Assembly: GCA_964514555.1 (NCBI GenBank)
Contig: CAZERM010000003.1
Span: forward strand, 5,045-69,044
DNA length: 64,000 nucleotides
Origin: an uncultured Lachnospiraceae bacterium
GTDB lineage: Bacteria > Bacillota > Clostridia > Oscillospirales > CAG-272
Direction of reading: 5' to 3'
How positions within the stretch are numbered: the stretch's first letter is position 1; every line of letters starts with the position of its first letter. Shown here piece after piece: positions 10,531 through 20,269 of the stretch. The notes under the pieces are model-generated. The model was not told where the DNA came from, did no database searches, and saw only the letters and a list, made by a program, of their open reading frames with translations. Both the position numbers and the translations under genes were made by a program.

Positions 10531-12689
10531 ACACAAACGAAAAGAAAGCAAAGGTCGGAAAGACCACTCTTCAGCGCCAATATATCTTCATTATTATCGG
10601 TGTAGTAATTGCGGCGCTCTTTGCGATATTCTATTTTGCGATATATCCTCACCTCGTTGAAAAAGCGGCAGGTGTAGATTACATTTACGAAGGCGAATAT
10701 TACGACGGCACAACACTTTACGTTACAGGTCCTTATAGACGTGCGGAGATCGCAAAGATAGAGATCAAAAACTCATACGGCACATATGTGCTTAACGAAA
10801 ACGGCACAGGTTCTTCCAAAACTTATACATTGGAAGGCGCAGAAGGTGTAATTCTCGACGCATATTCCATTGCAGGTGTAGTCGTTGCCGCAGGTCAGCC
10901 CATCACGGTTGCGGCGGACAGCAAGCACTACCGTGCGGACGAATACGCAACGGAAGCAGACCTTGCAAAATACGGTCTTGACGCTGCTTCCGACCCGTAT
11001 TGGTTCAGAGTAACGCTCACGGACGGCTCCTCTTACCGCATCTTTATCGGCGATAAGATACCCACGGGTACGAACCGTTATGCTTATATTGAGGACGAAG
11101 CGAGAAGAAACGTCGTTACAAACGAAGACGGCACAACATCCTCCTACTACATTGTTTACGTTCTCGACCCCACAACAACATCTTCTTTGCTCTACGGCAA
11201 AACATCCCTTGTAAGCCCCATCGTCGGTCAATATTGCGGCAACGGTGTTTACTACCTCACAAATTTCGAACTCCATAGATTTGTTGACGGCGAACGCGAA
11301 CTTATCGTTCAGATCGGCGCTAACGACAACGCGGAAAGCGCAACGGCATCCGCATTCGAAATGAAATATCCTCGCGGATATATGCTTAATGATACAGAGT
11401 TCCAGAGCACTGTCCTTTCCGTTCTCGCTTATATCGAAGCTAAAGAAGTAGTTGCTTTGGGCGATGAGATATTCACACCCGAAGTATATGAAAAATACGG
11501 TTTGGATATCGACAAAGACAGAATTGCGGACGGCACGGACAAAAACTATATCAAGATGAGCTACGCTTGCCTTGATAACAACTCCAAGGATTACGAAAAT
11601 ACTATATATATCAGCGAAAAACAGCTCCTCGCGGACGGTTCCAGCTGCTATTATGTATATTCTCCCGATGACCAGACTATCTCCAGAGTAGCCGATGAAA
11701 CGCTCGAATTCGTTTCTTGGACGGCAGCAAGCTTCACAAGCGCGAGATTGTTCTTTGAATCCATCGGCTCCCTTGACTATTTCTCCATCCTTTCCGCAAA
11801 TAAGAAGGTGGATGCTCGCTTCACGCTCACAGGTTCTTCTTTGACTTACCATGTAGAAGCGACAGATGCGGCAGGTGAAAACCCCATCAAGACAGCAGAC
11901 GGCAAAGATCTTATATTTGATGTAGAATATGAACGCACGAGGTATGATACTAAATATTCAGGTTCGTTCGAAAACTTCCGCGACCTCTACTATGTTCTTA
12001 TCACTCGTATGCTCGACATTGACGAAGATACAGTTGTTATCTCCGACGATGTTTCACCTGTTTGCTTGCTCGAAGCGCAGGTAAAAATGCGCGATAAAAG
12101 CGCTCAGTATTACAAATACGACGGCAACACAAGAGTTGTTGAAGATAATTCTTATGTAACCGTTATGTATTCGGGCGGCTACCTTGTAGTTTCCAATCTC
12201 GAAGGCTATATCGGCAACACAAAAGTAACTTACGATAAAGCTTACTACGACGAAAAGACAGGCAAATATTTCGTTAAAGCGGTAGACACTGCGGACAGCG
12301 AAACAAAGCCGAGAAACTACAAATATTCCAAGGATGACAACGGTCAGACGATACTCGTTCCGATCTACCTTGACCTCAAGGACGCAACATCCGAATATAC
12401 CGTTACAAAGTACGAATACGAATTTTACGACATATATGACGAAGTAACAAATGCCGACGGCACTGTTTCCAAGGTCCTCAACCAGACATATATGCTCGTT
12501 GTTCCCAATGCTACAGATATGACATATCGTATCAATGCCGATGGTTCCGAAACATTCGTTTCCGAAGACAGACTTGAACTTGATGAAAAAGTCGGTTCTT
12601 ATATCCGTCGTGCCGCTGTTGACAAGCTCCTCACAGACACAACAAAGGTTTTGGCAGGCGAATCCATTGATAAATGGGCAGTTGACTGA
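10527..12689 (+). CDS. large membrane-anchored protein, DUF4340-like by operon position
   Basis: ATGA start/stop overlap with the upstream gene and an AAGGAG RBS at 10512-10517. One N-terminal TM segment followed by about 680 aa of acidic, Tyr/Thr-rich soluble domain. The family assignment is inferred from synteny. Confidence 0.5.
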   Translation: MNTNEKKAKVGKTTLQRQYIFIIIGVVIAALFAIFYFAIYPHLVEKAAGVDYIYEGEYYDGTTLYVTGPYRRAEIAKIEIKNSYGTYVLNENGTGSSKTYTLEGAEGVILDAYSIAGVVVAAGQPITVAADSKHYRADEYATEADLAKYGLDAASDPYWFRVTLTDGSSYRIFIGDKIPTGTNRYAYIEDEARRNVVTNEDGTTSSYYIVYVLDPTTTSSLLYGKTSLVSPIVGQYCGNGVYYLTNFELHRFVDGERELIVQIGANDNAESATASAFEMKYPRGYMLNDTEFQSTVLSVLAYIEAKEVVALGDEIFTPEVYEKYGLDIDKDRIADGTDKNYIKMSYACLDNNSKDYENTIYISEKQLLADGSSCYYVYSPDDQTISRVADETLEFVSWTAASFTSARLFFESIGSLDYFSILSANKKVDARFTLTGSSLTYHVEATDAAGENPIKTADGKDLIFDVEYERTRYDTKYSGSFENFRDLYYVLITRMLDIDEDTVVISDDVSPVCLLEAQVKMRDKSAQYYKYDGNTRVVEDNSYVTVMYSGGYLVVSNLEGYIGNTKVTYDKAYYDEKTGKYFVKAVDTADSETKPRNYKYSKDDNGQTILVPIYLDLKDATSEYTVTKYEYEFYDIYDEVTNADGTVSKVLNQTYMLVVPNATDMTYRINADGSETFVSEDRLELDEKVGSYIRRAAVDKLLTDTTKVLAGESIDKWAVD

Positions 12690-12705
12690 TATTTGATACA
12701 AGAAA

Positions 12706-12740
12706 AAGGACAAACTTATCGTTTGTCCTTTTTTATTTTA
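12706..12740 (+). terminator. intrinsic terminator of the ABC-2/GldG-like operon
   Basis: AAGGACAAAC-TTATC-GTTTGTCCTT followed by TTTTATTTT. Confidence 0.85.
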
Positions 12741-12751
12741 AGAGGTTTTAT

Positions 12752-13447
12752 ATGACACAAGCAGAAAAAATTATCGAAGAAAAGCTTTTTTCCATGCAGG
12801 ACAAAGAATATAAAAAATTTAACTCAGCCTTGCTTCCGACGGTCGAAGATGAAAAAATAATCGGCATAAGAACGCCGATATTGAGAAAATATGCCGCTGA
12901 GATAGCGAAAACTCCGCTTGCCGCAGAGTTTTTGAGTGTTCTTCCTCATAAATATTACGAAGAAAACAATCTTCACGCTTTTCTTTTGGAAAAAATAAAA
13001 GATTACGACGAAGCCGTGTGCGAAATGGACAGATTTTTGCCGTATGTTGATAATTGGGCAACGTGCGACAGCATGGCACCGAAGATATTTGCAAAAAACA
13101 CGGATAAGCTTTTGGAAAAGATAAAAGAATGGATATCTTCAAATCAAACTTATACCGTGCGCTACGGCATTGGTATGCTAATGCGTTATTACCTTGACGA
13201 GCGTTTTTTGCCCGAATATGCGGCAATGGTGGCGAGCGTAAAGAGCGAAGAATATTATGTGAATATGATGATAGCGTGGTATTTTGCAACGGCGCTTGCA
13301 AAGGAATATGAAGTTGCGGTGAAATACCTTGAAAACGGTTCTCTTTCCACGTGGATACACAATAAAACGATACAAAAAGCTTGCGAAAGCTACCGAGTGA
13401 GCGATGATAAGAAGCAATACCTCAAAACTTTAAAGATAAAACGATAA
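12752..13447 (+). CDS. DNA alkylation repair protein (AlkD-like HEAT-repeat family)
   Basis: 231 aa. MQDKEYKKFNSALLPT...IGIRTPILRKYA...VDNWATCD pattern typical of the family. Confidence 0.75.
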   Translation: MTQAEKIIEEKLFSMQDKEYKKFNSALLPTVEDEKIIGIRTPILRKYAAEIAKTPLAAEFLSVLPHKYYEENNLHAFLLEKIKDYDEAVCEMDRFLPYVDNWATCDSMAPKIFAKNTDKLLEKIKEWISSNQTYTVRYGIGMLMRYYLDERFLPEYAAMVASVKSEEYYVNMMIAWYFATALAKEYEVAVKYLENGSLSTWIHNKTIQKACESYRVSDDKKQYLKTLKIKR

Positions 13448-13546
13448 AAAACTTGTTTTTTCGACCGTTTTCGCCATACTCAACGATTGGTTTGTATACA
13501 ATTTGAGATATTTCGTTTATAATAAAGGCAAAAGGAGGGCTTACCG

Positions 13547-14179
13547 ATGGATCAAATCAAGATAGGTGAATTTATAGCTCACACAAGAAAAAGCAAAAAT
13601 TTAACTCAGGCAGCTCTTGCCGAGCGTTTGGGGATAACAGACAGAGCCGTTTCAAAATGGGAACGCGGCAAAGGGCTTCCCGACGCATCTCTTATGCTAG
13701 ATCTGTGTGATATACTCGACATTACAGTAAACGAATTATTATGTGGGGAGAAAATATGTATGGAAAACAAAAACGAAAAAAACGAAAAACTTTTGCTTGA
13801 AATGACAAAAGAGCTTGAACAAAAGGACAAACGTATTTGGTCATCAATGTGGATGATAATGATAGTAAGTGTTGTTGCCATGTTGTCCGGAATCTTTATA
13901 ACGGCGTTTTCAATGCCCGAAGGACCGTTGCAAACAGTGATATTGCTTGGAATATGCGTGCTGTTTTTGATACCTTGCTTCTTTGCCTTGAAGCTTGAGG
14001 TAAGCATCGGAGCATACAAATGCAAAAAATGCGGTCGCGAGATAACACCGACATATCAAGAGGTTCTTTGGGCGGTGCATTTCGGCACGACTCGCTACTT
14101 AAAATGCCCTGATTGCAAAAAAAGAAATTGGTGCAAAAAAGTTTTAAAAACTCAAAACGAATATAAAAATATAAAATAA
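13547..14179 (+). CDS. XRE-family HTH regulator with two TM helices and a C-terminal zinc ribbon
   Basis: N-terminal HTH (LTQAALAERLGITDRAVSKWERG), two hydrophobic helices, and a CKKCG...CPDCKK C-terminus. Confidence 0.75.
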   Translation: MDQIKIGEFIAHTRKSKNLTQAALAERLGITDRAVSKWERGKGLPDASLMLDLCDILDITVNELLCGEKICMENKNEKNEKLLLEMTKELEQKDKRIWSSMWMIMIVSVVAMLSGIFITAFSMPEGPLQTVILLGICVLFLIPCFFALKLEVSIGAYKCKKCGREITPTYQEVLWAVHFGTTRYLKCPDCKKRNWCKKVLKTQNEYKNIK

Positions 14180-14207
14180 TGTTCTGTGTTTTTTTGGACG
14201 AAAAGAT

Positions 14208-14236
14208 GCTCCCTGCGGTCTTATGCCGCAGGGAGC
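14208..14236. terminator. bidirectional terminator between the XRE gene and clpB
   Basis: Perfect 11-bp stem GCTCCCTGCGG/CCGCAGGGAGC, T-rich on the + side and A-rich upstream, lying between convergent genes. Confidence 0.8.
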
Positions 14237-14274
14237 ACTTTTATATATTTTTCAAGGGAGGTAGAAAATTATCT

Positions 14275-16875
14275 TTATTCTGAAAGTTCTGCTGTGAATG
14301 TGCCGTTTGCAAAGTCTACGATAACAGTTGTATCGGGTGCGATATCACATTCTATCATCTTGCGCGCGATAAGTGTTTCGATGTTTGCGCCGATAAATCT
14401 CTTTATCGGACGCGCGCCGTAGATGGGGTCGTAAGATCTTTCGATTATCTCTTCCACAGCGGCGGGACGAACATCGAGTTTTACTCTGCGTTCGCCGAGT
14501 CGAGCGGCGATCTCGTCTATCTTGAGCGCAACGATGCCGCGGATATTTTCCTTCGTGAGCGGACGATAGAAGATTATCTCGTCAAGTCTGTTGAGGAACT
14601 CGGGGCGGAAACTGCGCTTCAAAAGTTCGTTTACACGAGCGCGAGCATCTGCGCTTATATCACCGTCATCCGTGATACCGTCGAGGATAATATCGGAGCC
14701 GAGGTTGGAGGTAAGAATGATGATGGTATTCTTGAAATCGACCGTCTTGCCATGGCTATCCGTTATTCTGCCATCATCGAGCACCTGCAAGAGTACGTTG
14801 AAAACATCGGGGTGAGCTTTTTCTATCTCGTCGAAAAGTACGACGGAATAGGGTTTGCGGCGAACCGCCTCTGTAAGCTGACCGCCTTCGTCATAGCCGA
14901 CATATCCGGGAGGCGCACCGATGAGACGGGAGACTGAATATTTCTCCATATATTCGCTCATATCGATACGAACAAGGCTCTTTTCATCATCAAACAAAGC
15001 TTGTGTCAACGCTTTTGCAAGTTCTGTCTTACCAACGCCCGTGGGTCCGAGGAACAAGAACGAGCCTACGGGACGGCGAGGATCTTTGATACCTGCACGA
15101 GAGCGGAGGATAGCATCGCTTACCTTGCGAACAGCTTCGTCTTGACCGATAACACGCTCATGAAGAACATCGTCAAGGTGAAGAAGTTTTGCTCTTTCGC
15201 CCTCAACGAGCTTGGAAACGGGGATTCCCGTCCAACGAGAAACTATTTTTGCTATCTCGTCATCCGTTACTCTGTCGCGGAGGAGAGTGTTTTTCTGAGT
15301 TTCGGCTTTCTTTTCTTCCTCTTCAAGCTCTTTTTGGAGGGAGGGAAGTTTGCCGTATTTAAGCTCTGCCGCTTTGGCAAGGTCATATTCGTTCTGAGCC
15401 TTTTCGATCTGACTGTTTACATCCTCTATCTGAGAACGTATCTTTTGAACCTTTTCGATGCTCTGTTTTTCGTTTTCCCACTTTGCCTTCATCTCGTTCA
15501 TCTGTTCGCGAAGCTTTGCAAGCTCCGCTTTTATCTCCGAAAGATGTTCTATGGCAAGCTTATCCGTTTCCTTGGAAAGTGCGGCTTCTTCGATCTCGAG
15601 CTGCATTATCTTGTGGGATATCTCGTCCATTTCTGTGGGCATGGAGTCCATCTCCGTTTTGATGAGCGCGCAGGCTTCATCGATAAGGTCGATGGCTTTA
15701 TCGGGAAGGAAACGATCCTGAATATATCTGTTTGAAAGAGTGGCGGCGGCGATTATCGCACTGTCGAGTATCTTTACACCGTGGTATACTTCGTATCTTT
15801 CTTTAAGACCGCGAAGGATGGCGATAGTATCTTCAACAGTAGGTTCTTCTACCATTACAGGCTGGAAGCGACGTTCGAGAGCCGCATCTTTTTCGATATA
15901 TTGGCGATATTCGTTGAGAGTTGTCGCACCGATGCAATGAAGCTCACCGCGAGCGAGCATAGGTTTCAAAATATTGCCTGCATCGAGCGCGCCGTCTGTT
16001 TTACCTGCGCCTACGATCGTGTGAAGTTCATCGATAAAGAGGATAATCTTGCCCTCGGAAGATCTTACTTCGTTGAGCACGGCTTTGAGTCTTTCTTCAA
16101 ATTCGCCGCGGAATTTCGCACCTGCAATAAGTGCGCCGAGGTCGAGCGAGAAAACGCTTCTGTCTTTGAGGTTATCGGGAACGTCGCCGCTTACGATACG
16201 GAGCGCCAAGCCCTCCGCAATGGCGGTTTTGCCGACACCGGGCTCACCGATAAGGCAAGGGTTGTTTTTTGTTTTTCGAGAAAGTATGCGGATGACATTT
16301 CTTATCTCTTCGTCTCTGCCGATAACGGGGTCAAGCTTGCGTTCGCGAGCGCGTTCAACAAGATCAACACCGTATTTTTTGAGGACATTATAAGTATCCT
16401 CGGGGTTGTCGCTCTGCACTTTTTGGTTGCCGCGTATCTTTTTGAGCGCATCAAGCACTTTCGAAAGCGTGATGCCGTGGTTTGCGAAAAGCTGTTTTAT
16501 GCTGTCCGAGGGACGTTCCATGATGCCGAGCAAGAGATGTTCAACGGAGATATATTCGTCTTTCATCTTTTCGGCTTGTTTTTCGGATTCGGTAAGCGCT
16601 TTGTCAAGAGTTGCGGAGATATATATCCTGTTGGGATCGTAGCCGCCACCGCTTACCTTGGGGAATTTTGAAATAGACGCATCGAGTGCGCTTGTGATAT
16701 TTTCGGGAGAAGCGCCGATATTTTTAAATATCTCGCTTACAAGACCGCCCTGCTGAGAAACGAGGGCATAAAGAAGATGTTCTTCTTCGACGGAATTATT
16801 ACCGTTTTCAACGGCTGTTGTCTGAGCGCTTTTGAGCGCCTCGAGTGATTTTTGAGTAAGTTTTTCTGTGTTCAT
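14275..16875 (-). CDS. clpB: ATP-dependent chaperone/disaggregase ClpB
   Basis: 866 aa with two AAA+ modules (GEPGVGKTA and GPTGVGKTE) and a long coiled-coil middle domain. AAAGGAGG RBS. Confidence 0.96.
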   Translation of the reverse strand: MNTEKLTQKSLEALKSAQTTAVENGNNSVEEEHLLYALVSQQGGLVSEIFKNIGASPENITSALDASISKFPKVSGGGYDPNRIYISATLDKALTESEKQAEKMKDEYISVEHLLLGIMERPSDSIKQLFANHGITLSKVLDALKKIRGNQKVQSDNPEDTYNVLKKYGVDLVERARERKLDPVIGRDEEIRNVIRILSRKTKNNPCLIGEPGVGKTAIAEGLALRIVSGDVPDNLKDRSVFSLDLGALIAGAKFRGEFEERLKAVLNEVRSSEGKIILFIDELHTIVGAGKTDGALDAGNILKPMLARGELHCIGATTLNEYRQYIEKDAALERRFQPVMVEEPTVEDTIAILRGLKERYEVYHGVKILDSAIIAAATLSNRYIQDRFLPDKAIDLIDEACALIKTEMDSMPTEMDEISHKIMQLEIEEAALSKETDKLAIEHLSEIKAELAKLREQMNEMKAKWENEKQSIEKVQKIRSQIEDVNSQIEKAQNEYDLAKAAELKYGKLPSLQKELEEEEKKAETQKNTLLRDRVTDDEIAKIVSRWTGIPVSKLVEGERAKLLHLDDVLHERVIGQDEAVRKVSDAILRSRAGIKDPRRPVGSFLFLGPTGVGKTELAKALTQALFDDEKSLVRIDMSEYMEKYSVSRLIGAPPGYVGYDEGGQLTEAVRRKPYSVVLFDEIEKAHPDVFNVLLQVLDDGRITDSHGKTVDFKNTIIILTSNLGSDIILDGITDDGDISADARARVNELLKRSFRPEFLNRLDEIIFYRPLTKENIRGIVALKIDEIAARLGERRVKLDVRPAAVEEIIERSYDPIYGARPIKRFIGANIETLIARKMIECDIAPDTTVIVDFANGTFTAELSE

Positions 16876-16958
16876 AAATAGTCCTCCTTTTTGAATGTGG
16901 GCGCGGCGATATTATTTCACCGCGATGAGCGATATTCGCCCTCAAAAGGGAATATATG

Positions 16959-17612
16959 CTAGATTATCTCATCGTTGGAGGCAAGATAATCGTAATACAT
17001 TGCGGAAATGTTTTTAACTGCGTTATCGCTGTCTGCGAAGTAAGTTTTCATTGCGCTGTCGAAAAGCGAGATATATTCTGCTATCATTTCACCTGCGGAA
17101 AGCCCCGTTTTTTTGTGTTTGCCGTTAAGCGGACTCTTGCGGAGAATTATCGGTCGTCTGAAGATGCCGTCCTCAAACGTATTTTGACCCGAAAAACCGT
17201 AACGAGCTTCTATATTAGCCCAAAGGTTATAAAAATGGAGCATCTCGAGAATGAGAGCGGCGTTTTGTGTTCTCGTGGAAACACGTATCTCACCTTGCTC
17301 ATTTTTGGGTTCTCTGTAAAGTTCAACGGCATATTTTACCGTGGGGTTATATTTATAGGAAAGCGCAGAGCGCAAAGACATTATCGATGGTGTCGGCGGC
17401 GCAAGCTCGCGGAATGTTTCGCCCGAGTAAAGGCGCGCGGCGAGGTCATCGAAGATATCGTTTATTCTTTTTTCGGGGGTGGTCATCGACAAATATTCCG
17501 CCAAGATCTGATTTATCATATTGGAGCGGTTCGTATTTTTGATATATGCAAGTTTGTCAACTTCCGCTATAACATCGTCCGAAAGAACGACGGAGTAAAC
17601 GCTTTTTTTCAT
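16959..17612 (-). CDS. ribbon-helix-helix (CopG/Arc-like) domain protein with an uncharacterised ~170-aa C-terminal domain
   Basis: Start trimmed to MKKSVYSVVLSDDVIAEVDKLAYIKNTNRSNMINQILAEYL, a beta-strand plus two-helix RHH pattern. Same strand as clpB and 83 nt upstream of it. Confidence 0.6.
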   Translation of the reverse strand: MKKSVYSVVLSDDVIAEVDKLAYIKNTNRSNMINQILAEYLSMTTPEKRINDIFDDLAARLYSGETFRELAPPTPSIMSLRSALSYKYNPTVKYAVELYREPKNEQGEIRVSTRTQNAALILEMLHFYNLWANIEARYGFSGQNTFEDGIFRRPIILRKSPLNGKHKKTGLSAGEMIAEYISLFDSAMKTYFADSDNAVKNISAMYYDYLASNDEII

Positions 17613-17642
17613 TTGTTGCACCTCTGTTTCTTCTATGCGAAC

Positions 17643-17671
17643 ATTGTAGCACCAAATATATAATTTGTCAA
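17643..17671 (-). promoter_or_regulatory. strong sigma-A promoter of the RHH gene (and probably clpB)
   Basis: Minus strand reads TTGACA, 17 nt, TACAAT, with a TGn extension. About 25 nt upstream of the RHH start. Confidence 0.6.
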
Positions 17672-17751
17672 GCGTTTTATATAAATATTCACACAAAGTT
17701 AAAAATCTTTTGTTTTTTCTTTTTTGAAAGAAAATTGTTTTTTCTCTAACT

Positions 17752-17981
17752 AAGCGTTTTTTTATCTGAAAGAAAAGCTGGCAAAAGAAGCAGAAAACCT
17801 TGCAGGTTTATCGCTTTGGAGAATCGCATCGAAAACTCGAACAGCATCAAATGCGGCTCCCCGAGAGGCGCACTCTCGGAACCACGCCGAAGGGCACGAA
17901 TCGAAAGTTTTGGCTTTTAGCCGAGAACCTTTAGCGCATGGTTATAATCTCGTCTATGACAAAATTGTTGCGATGGAATAA
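17752..17981 (-). repeat. intergenic repeat family, copy A (core module)
   Basis: Shares a ~190-nt core and the GCTTTTTTTATCTGAAA end block with 55984-56260. Begins right after the terminator of the ABC exporter gene. Confidence 0.85.
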
Positions 17982-18012
17982 CAAAAAAGACCTTCGCCAA
18001 ACGCGAAGGTCT
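17982..18012 (-). terminator. intrinsic terminator of the ABC exporter gene
   Basis: Minus strand reads AGACCTTCGC-GTTTG-GCGAAGGTCT followed by TTTTTT. Confidence 0.85.
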
Positions 18013-18030
18013 TTGAATTATAGGATCTTA

Positions 18031-20019
18031 TTAAAATTCGGGGCGCTTGGGCGGTCTGCCGCTGCGCGGAGGAGGCGGAGGAGCATTTTCTCCCTCTGCT
18101 TCACCATCCGGCTTTTCCATGTAACGCTTTGCCTGCGTTGTGAAAAGCTCGTAATATGTGCCGTGCTTCTGCATAAGTTCTGCGTGAGAACCCTGCTCGG
18201 TAAGCACACCGCCATCGATAACGAATATCTTGTCCGCAACTGTCGCACTTGAAAGTCTGTGCGAAACGAAGATGGTCGTTTTGTCCTTGCGGAGGTCGTC
18301 GAATTGATTGTATATCTCCTGCTCGGCGATAGCGTCAAGGCTTGCCGTCGGCTCGTCGAGGATAAGTATATCCGAATCGCTGTAAAATGCACGCGCGATG
18401 GAAAGTTTCTGCCACTGACCGATAGAAAGCTCTATGCCGTTCTTTTCGAATATTCGCATAAGCGGAGTATCGTATTTATCGGGCAATCTGTCGATAAATT
18501 GTGTAGCGGAGCTTTTTTCTGCGGCGGCTTCGATGTCTTTTTGGTCGGGTTCTTTGTCGATGAGTGAAAGCGAGATGTTGTCTTTAACGCTCATTGCGTA
18601 TTTGCCGAAGTCCTGGAATATGATGCCGTAGAGAGAGTAAAGCTCTTTGAGATCATATTCGCGGATATCGTGTCCGTCGAGCAATATCTGTCCCTCCGTA
18701 GGGTCGTAAAGTCGCGTGATAAGCTTGATAAGGGTCGTTTTACCTGCACCGTTCAAACCTACGAGCACAACTGTGTCGCCGGGTTCGAGCGTTGCGGAGA
18801 AATTCTTGATAACAAAGCGTTCCGTACCGGGGTAGCGGAAAGAAACATTGCGAAGTTCTATTCTGTGTCCCACGTGATGCTCTACTTTGCGAGGCTCGGA
18901 GAGCAAGGGAACGACGGTCTGCTTTTCGTCCATGAATGCGATAAGGTTATCGATAAACAATGTACCTTCGTAAATGATAGCCATCGTTTCGATAAATGAT
19001 GTCATACCACCGGATATGGAGTTGAGAGCGCCCGTGTAAAGTGAATAATCACCAACGAGCATATCGCCTGTATAGACACCGTGTGCGATAAAGAGGAACA
19101 AGCAGCAGTTTACTATCGCGGAAATGACCGCTATAAGGATATTGAGCGCGCCTTCCTTAACATAAAGGTTACGCAGACCCTTGAAGTAGCCTTTAAAGAT
19201 TCCCTGATATCTTTCACGGAAATTGTCATAAAGACCAAAAATGCGAAGTTCTTTTGCCATATCCTTGTTTGTCGTGAGTCCCGAGTAATAAGAAAGCTCG
19301 CGACGCGCCTTGGAGTTTCTGCGGAGATAGCGGAAATTCTTTTTACGGTATGAAAAGCTGATTATTGCGCTGGGCATAGAGATTATTATCATTATGATCG
19401 GCGCGATCGGGCTTACCGAGGAAAGAATTACGATGAATGAGATCATGCTGATAAGCGTACTGATGATAGAAAACGTTGAACGCATGATCTGTATGGGGCG
19501 GTTACCCGCCTCGCGAGAGGCGTTTTCGAGTTTTTCGTAAAACTCGGGTCTGTCAAAACTTGCAATATCGATGGTTTTTGCCTTATCCATCATCTTTACG
19601 TTTACGTGGTTGGAAACCAGTTCACCTGAAACGCGTATTACAAGCGTATTTACATTGCCGACTATGCTCGTGGCAAATATAAGTGCAAATTGAATTATAA
19701 GCAGTTTCATCGTTGAATCAAATGAAACGGCTTCACTTTTGCTTAATCCAACGACTATTGCCGCAAGTTCGTTTATAATGTCTGCTGCAACTACGGACTT
19801 GATAACGGGAAGAACACCTTGGATAATAGCTATAAATAAGAGCGCGAAAAGTATCCACGGACGAGTTTCCCAAACTAATCCGAAGATATAGAAAAGTCTG
19901 GCAAAGAAATTTTTAATGAGTCGCACCAAAAAACCGGGAACTTCTTTAATATTCTGAGGTCTTGGTTCTTTGAGTTTGTCCGTCGCGTTTCCGGGCGGCG
20001 GTCCCATCATAGGTCCCAT
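18031..20019 (-). CDS. ABC exporter, fused permease/ATPase (homodimeric type)
   Basis: 662 aa with six N-terminal TM helices, Walker A GLNGAGKTT, signature LSIGQWQK and Walker B ILILDEP. Pro/Gly-rich N- and C-termini. Confidence 0.9.
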   Translation of the reverse strand: MGPMMGPPPGNATDKLKEPRPQNIKEVPGFLVRLIKNFFARLFYIFGLVWETRPWILFALLFIAIIQGVLPVIKSVVAADIINELAAIVVGLSKSEAVSFDSTMKLLIIQFALIFATSIVGNVNTLVIRVSGELVSNHVNVKMMDKAKTIDIASFDRPEFYEKLENASREAGNRPIQIMRSTFSIISTLISMISFIVILSSVSPIAPIIMIIISMPSAIISFSYRKKNFRYLRRNSKARRELSYYSGLTTNKDMAKELRIFGLYDNFRERYQGIFKGYFKGLRNLYVKEGALNILIAVISAIVNCCLFLFIAHGVYTGDMLVGDYSLYTGALNSISGGMTSFIETMAIIYEGTLFIDNLIAFMDEKQTVVPLLSEPRKVEHHVGHRIELRNVSFRYPGTERFVIKNFSATLEPGDTVVLVGLNGAGKTTLIKLITRLYDPTEGQILLDGHDIREYDLKELYSLYGIIFQDFGKYAMSVKDNISLSLIDKEPDQKDIEAAAEKSSATQFIDRLPDKYDTPLMRIFEKNGIELSIGQWQKLSIARAFYSDSDILILDEPTASLDAIAEQEIYNQFDDLRKDKTTIFVSHRLSSATVADKIFVIDGGVLTEQGSHAELMQKHGTYYELFTTQAKRYMEKPDGEAEGENAPPPPPRSGRPPKRPEF

Positions 20020-20068
20020 AAAACATCCTCCTTAAATGGTCAAGTGTTGTTTATTATTTACAAATAAG

Positions 20069-20097
20069 ATTATATCACCGTTATGACAAATAGTCAA
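20069..20097 (-). promoter_or_regulatory. promoter of the ABC exporter gene
   Basis: Minus strand reads TTGACT, 17 nt, TATAAT. Confidence 0.5.
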
Positions 20098-20269
20098 GAA
20101 AAACATTTAGGTACCTATTGAATTTTTGAAAAAAATCCCGCAAGATGTTTTAAATGGATACAGCACCACCCATCTCCTATTGCTTCGGTAGGATATGGCA
20201 GCGTATAATAATATTGCAAAGGCAACGATAATTTGCCTTGAAAATATTTACCGAAAGGGAAAACTTTTT

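Noticed and set aside
17613-17696. 5' extensions of track ORFs. Examples are 16959-17696, 20195-20269, 50719-50811, 55340-55444, 24229-24282, 10446-10526, 8926-8958, 6765-6824, 34983-35036 and 36802-36840.
   Set aside because: In each case an internal ATG preceded by a good Shine-Dalgarno sequence, or forming an ATGA overlap with the upstream stop, gives a protein with a normal N-terminus. The extensions cross promoters or terminators, or lack an RBS.
16876-17760. Searched for a CtsR operator (GGTCAAA-N3-GGTCAAA) and a CIRCE element (TTAGCACTC-N9-GAGTGCTAA) upstream of clpB.
   Set aside because: I found neither motif on either strand by eye, so no such feature is reported.
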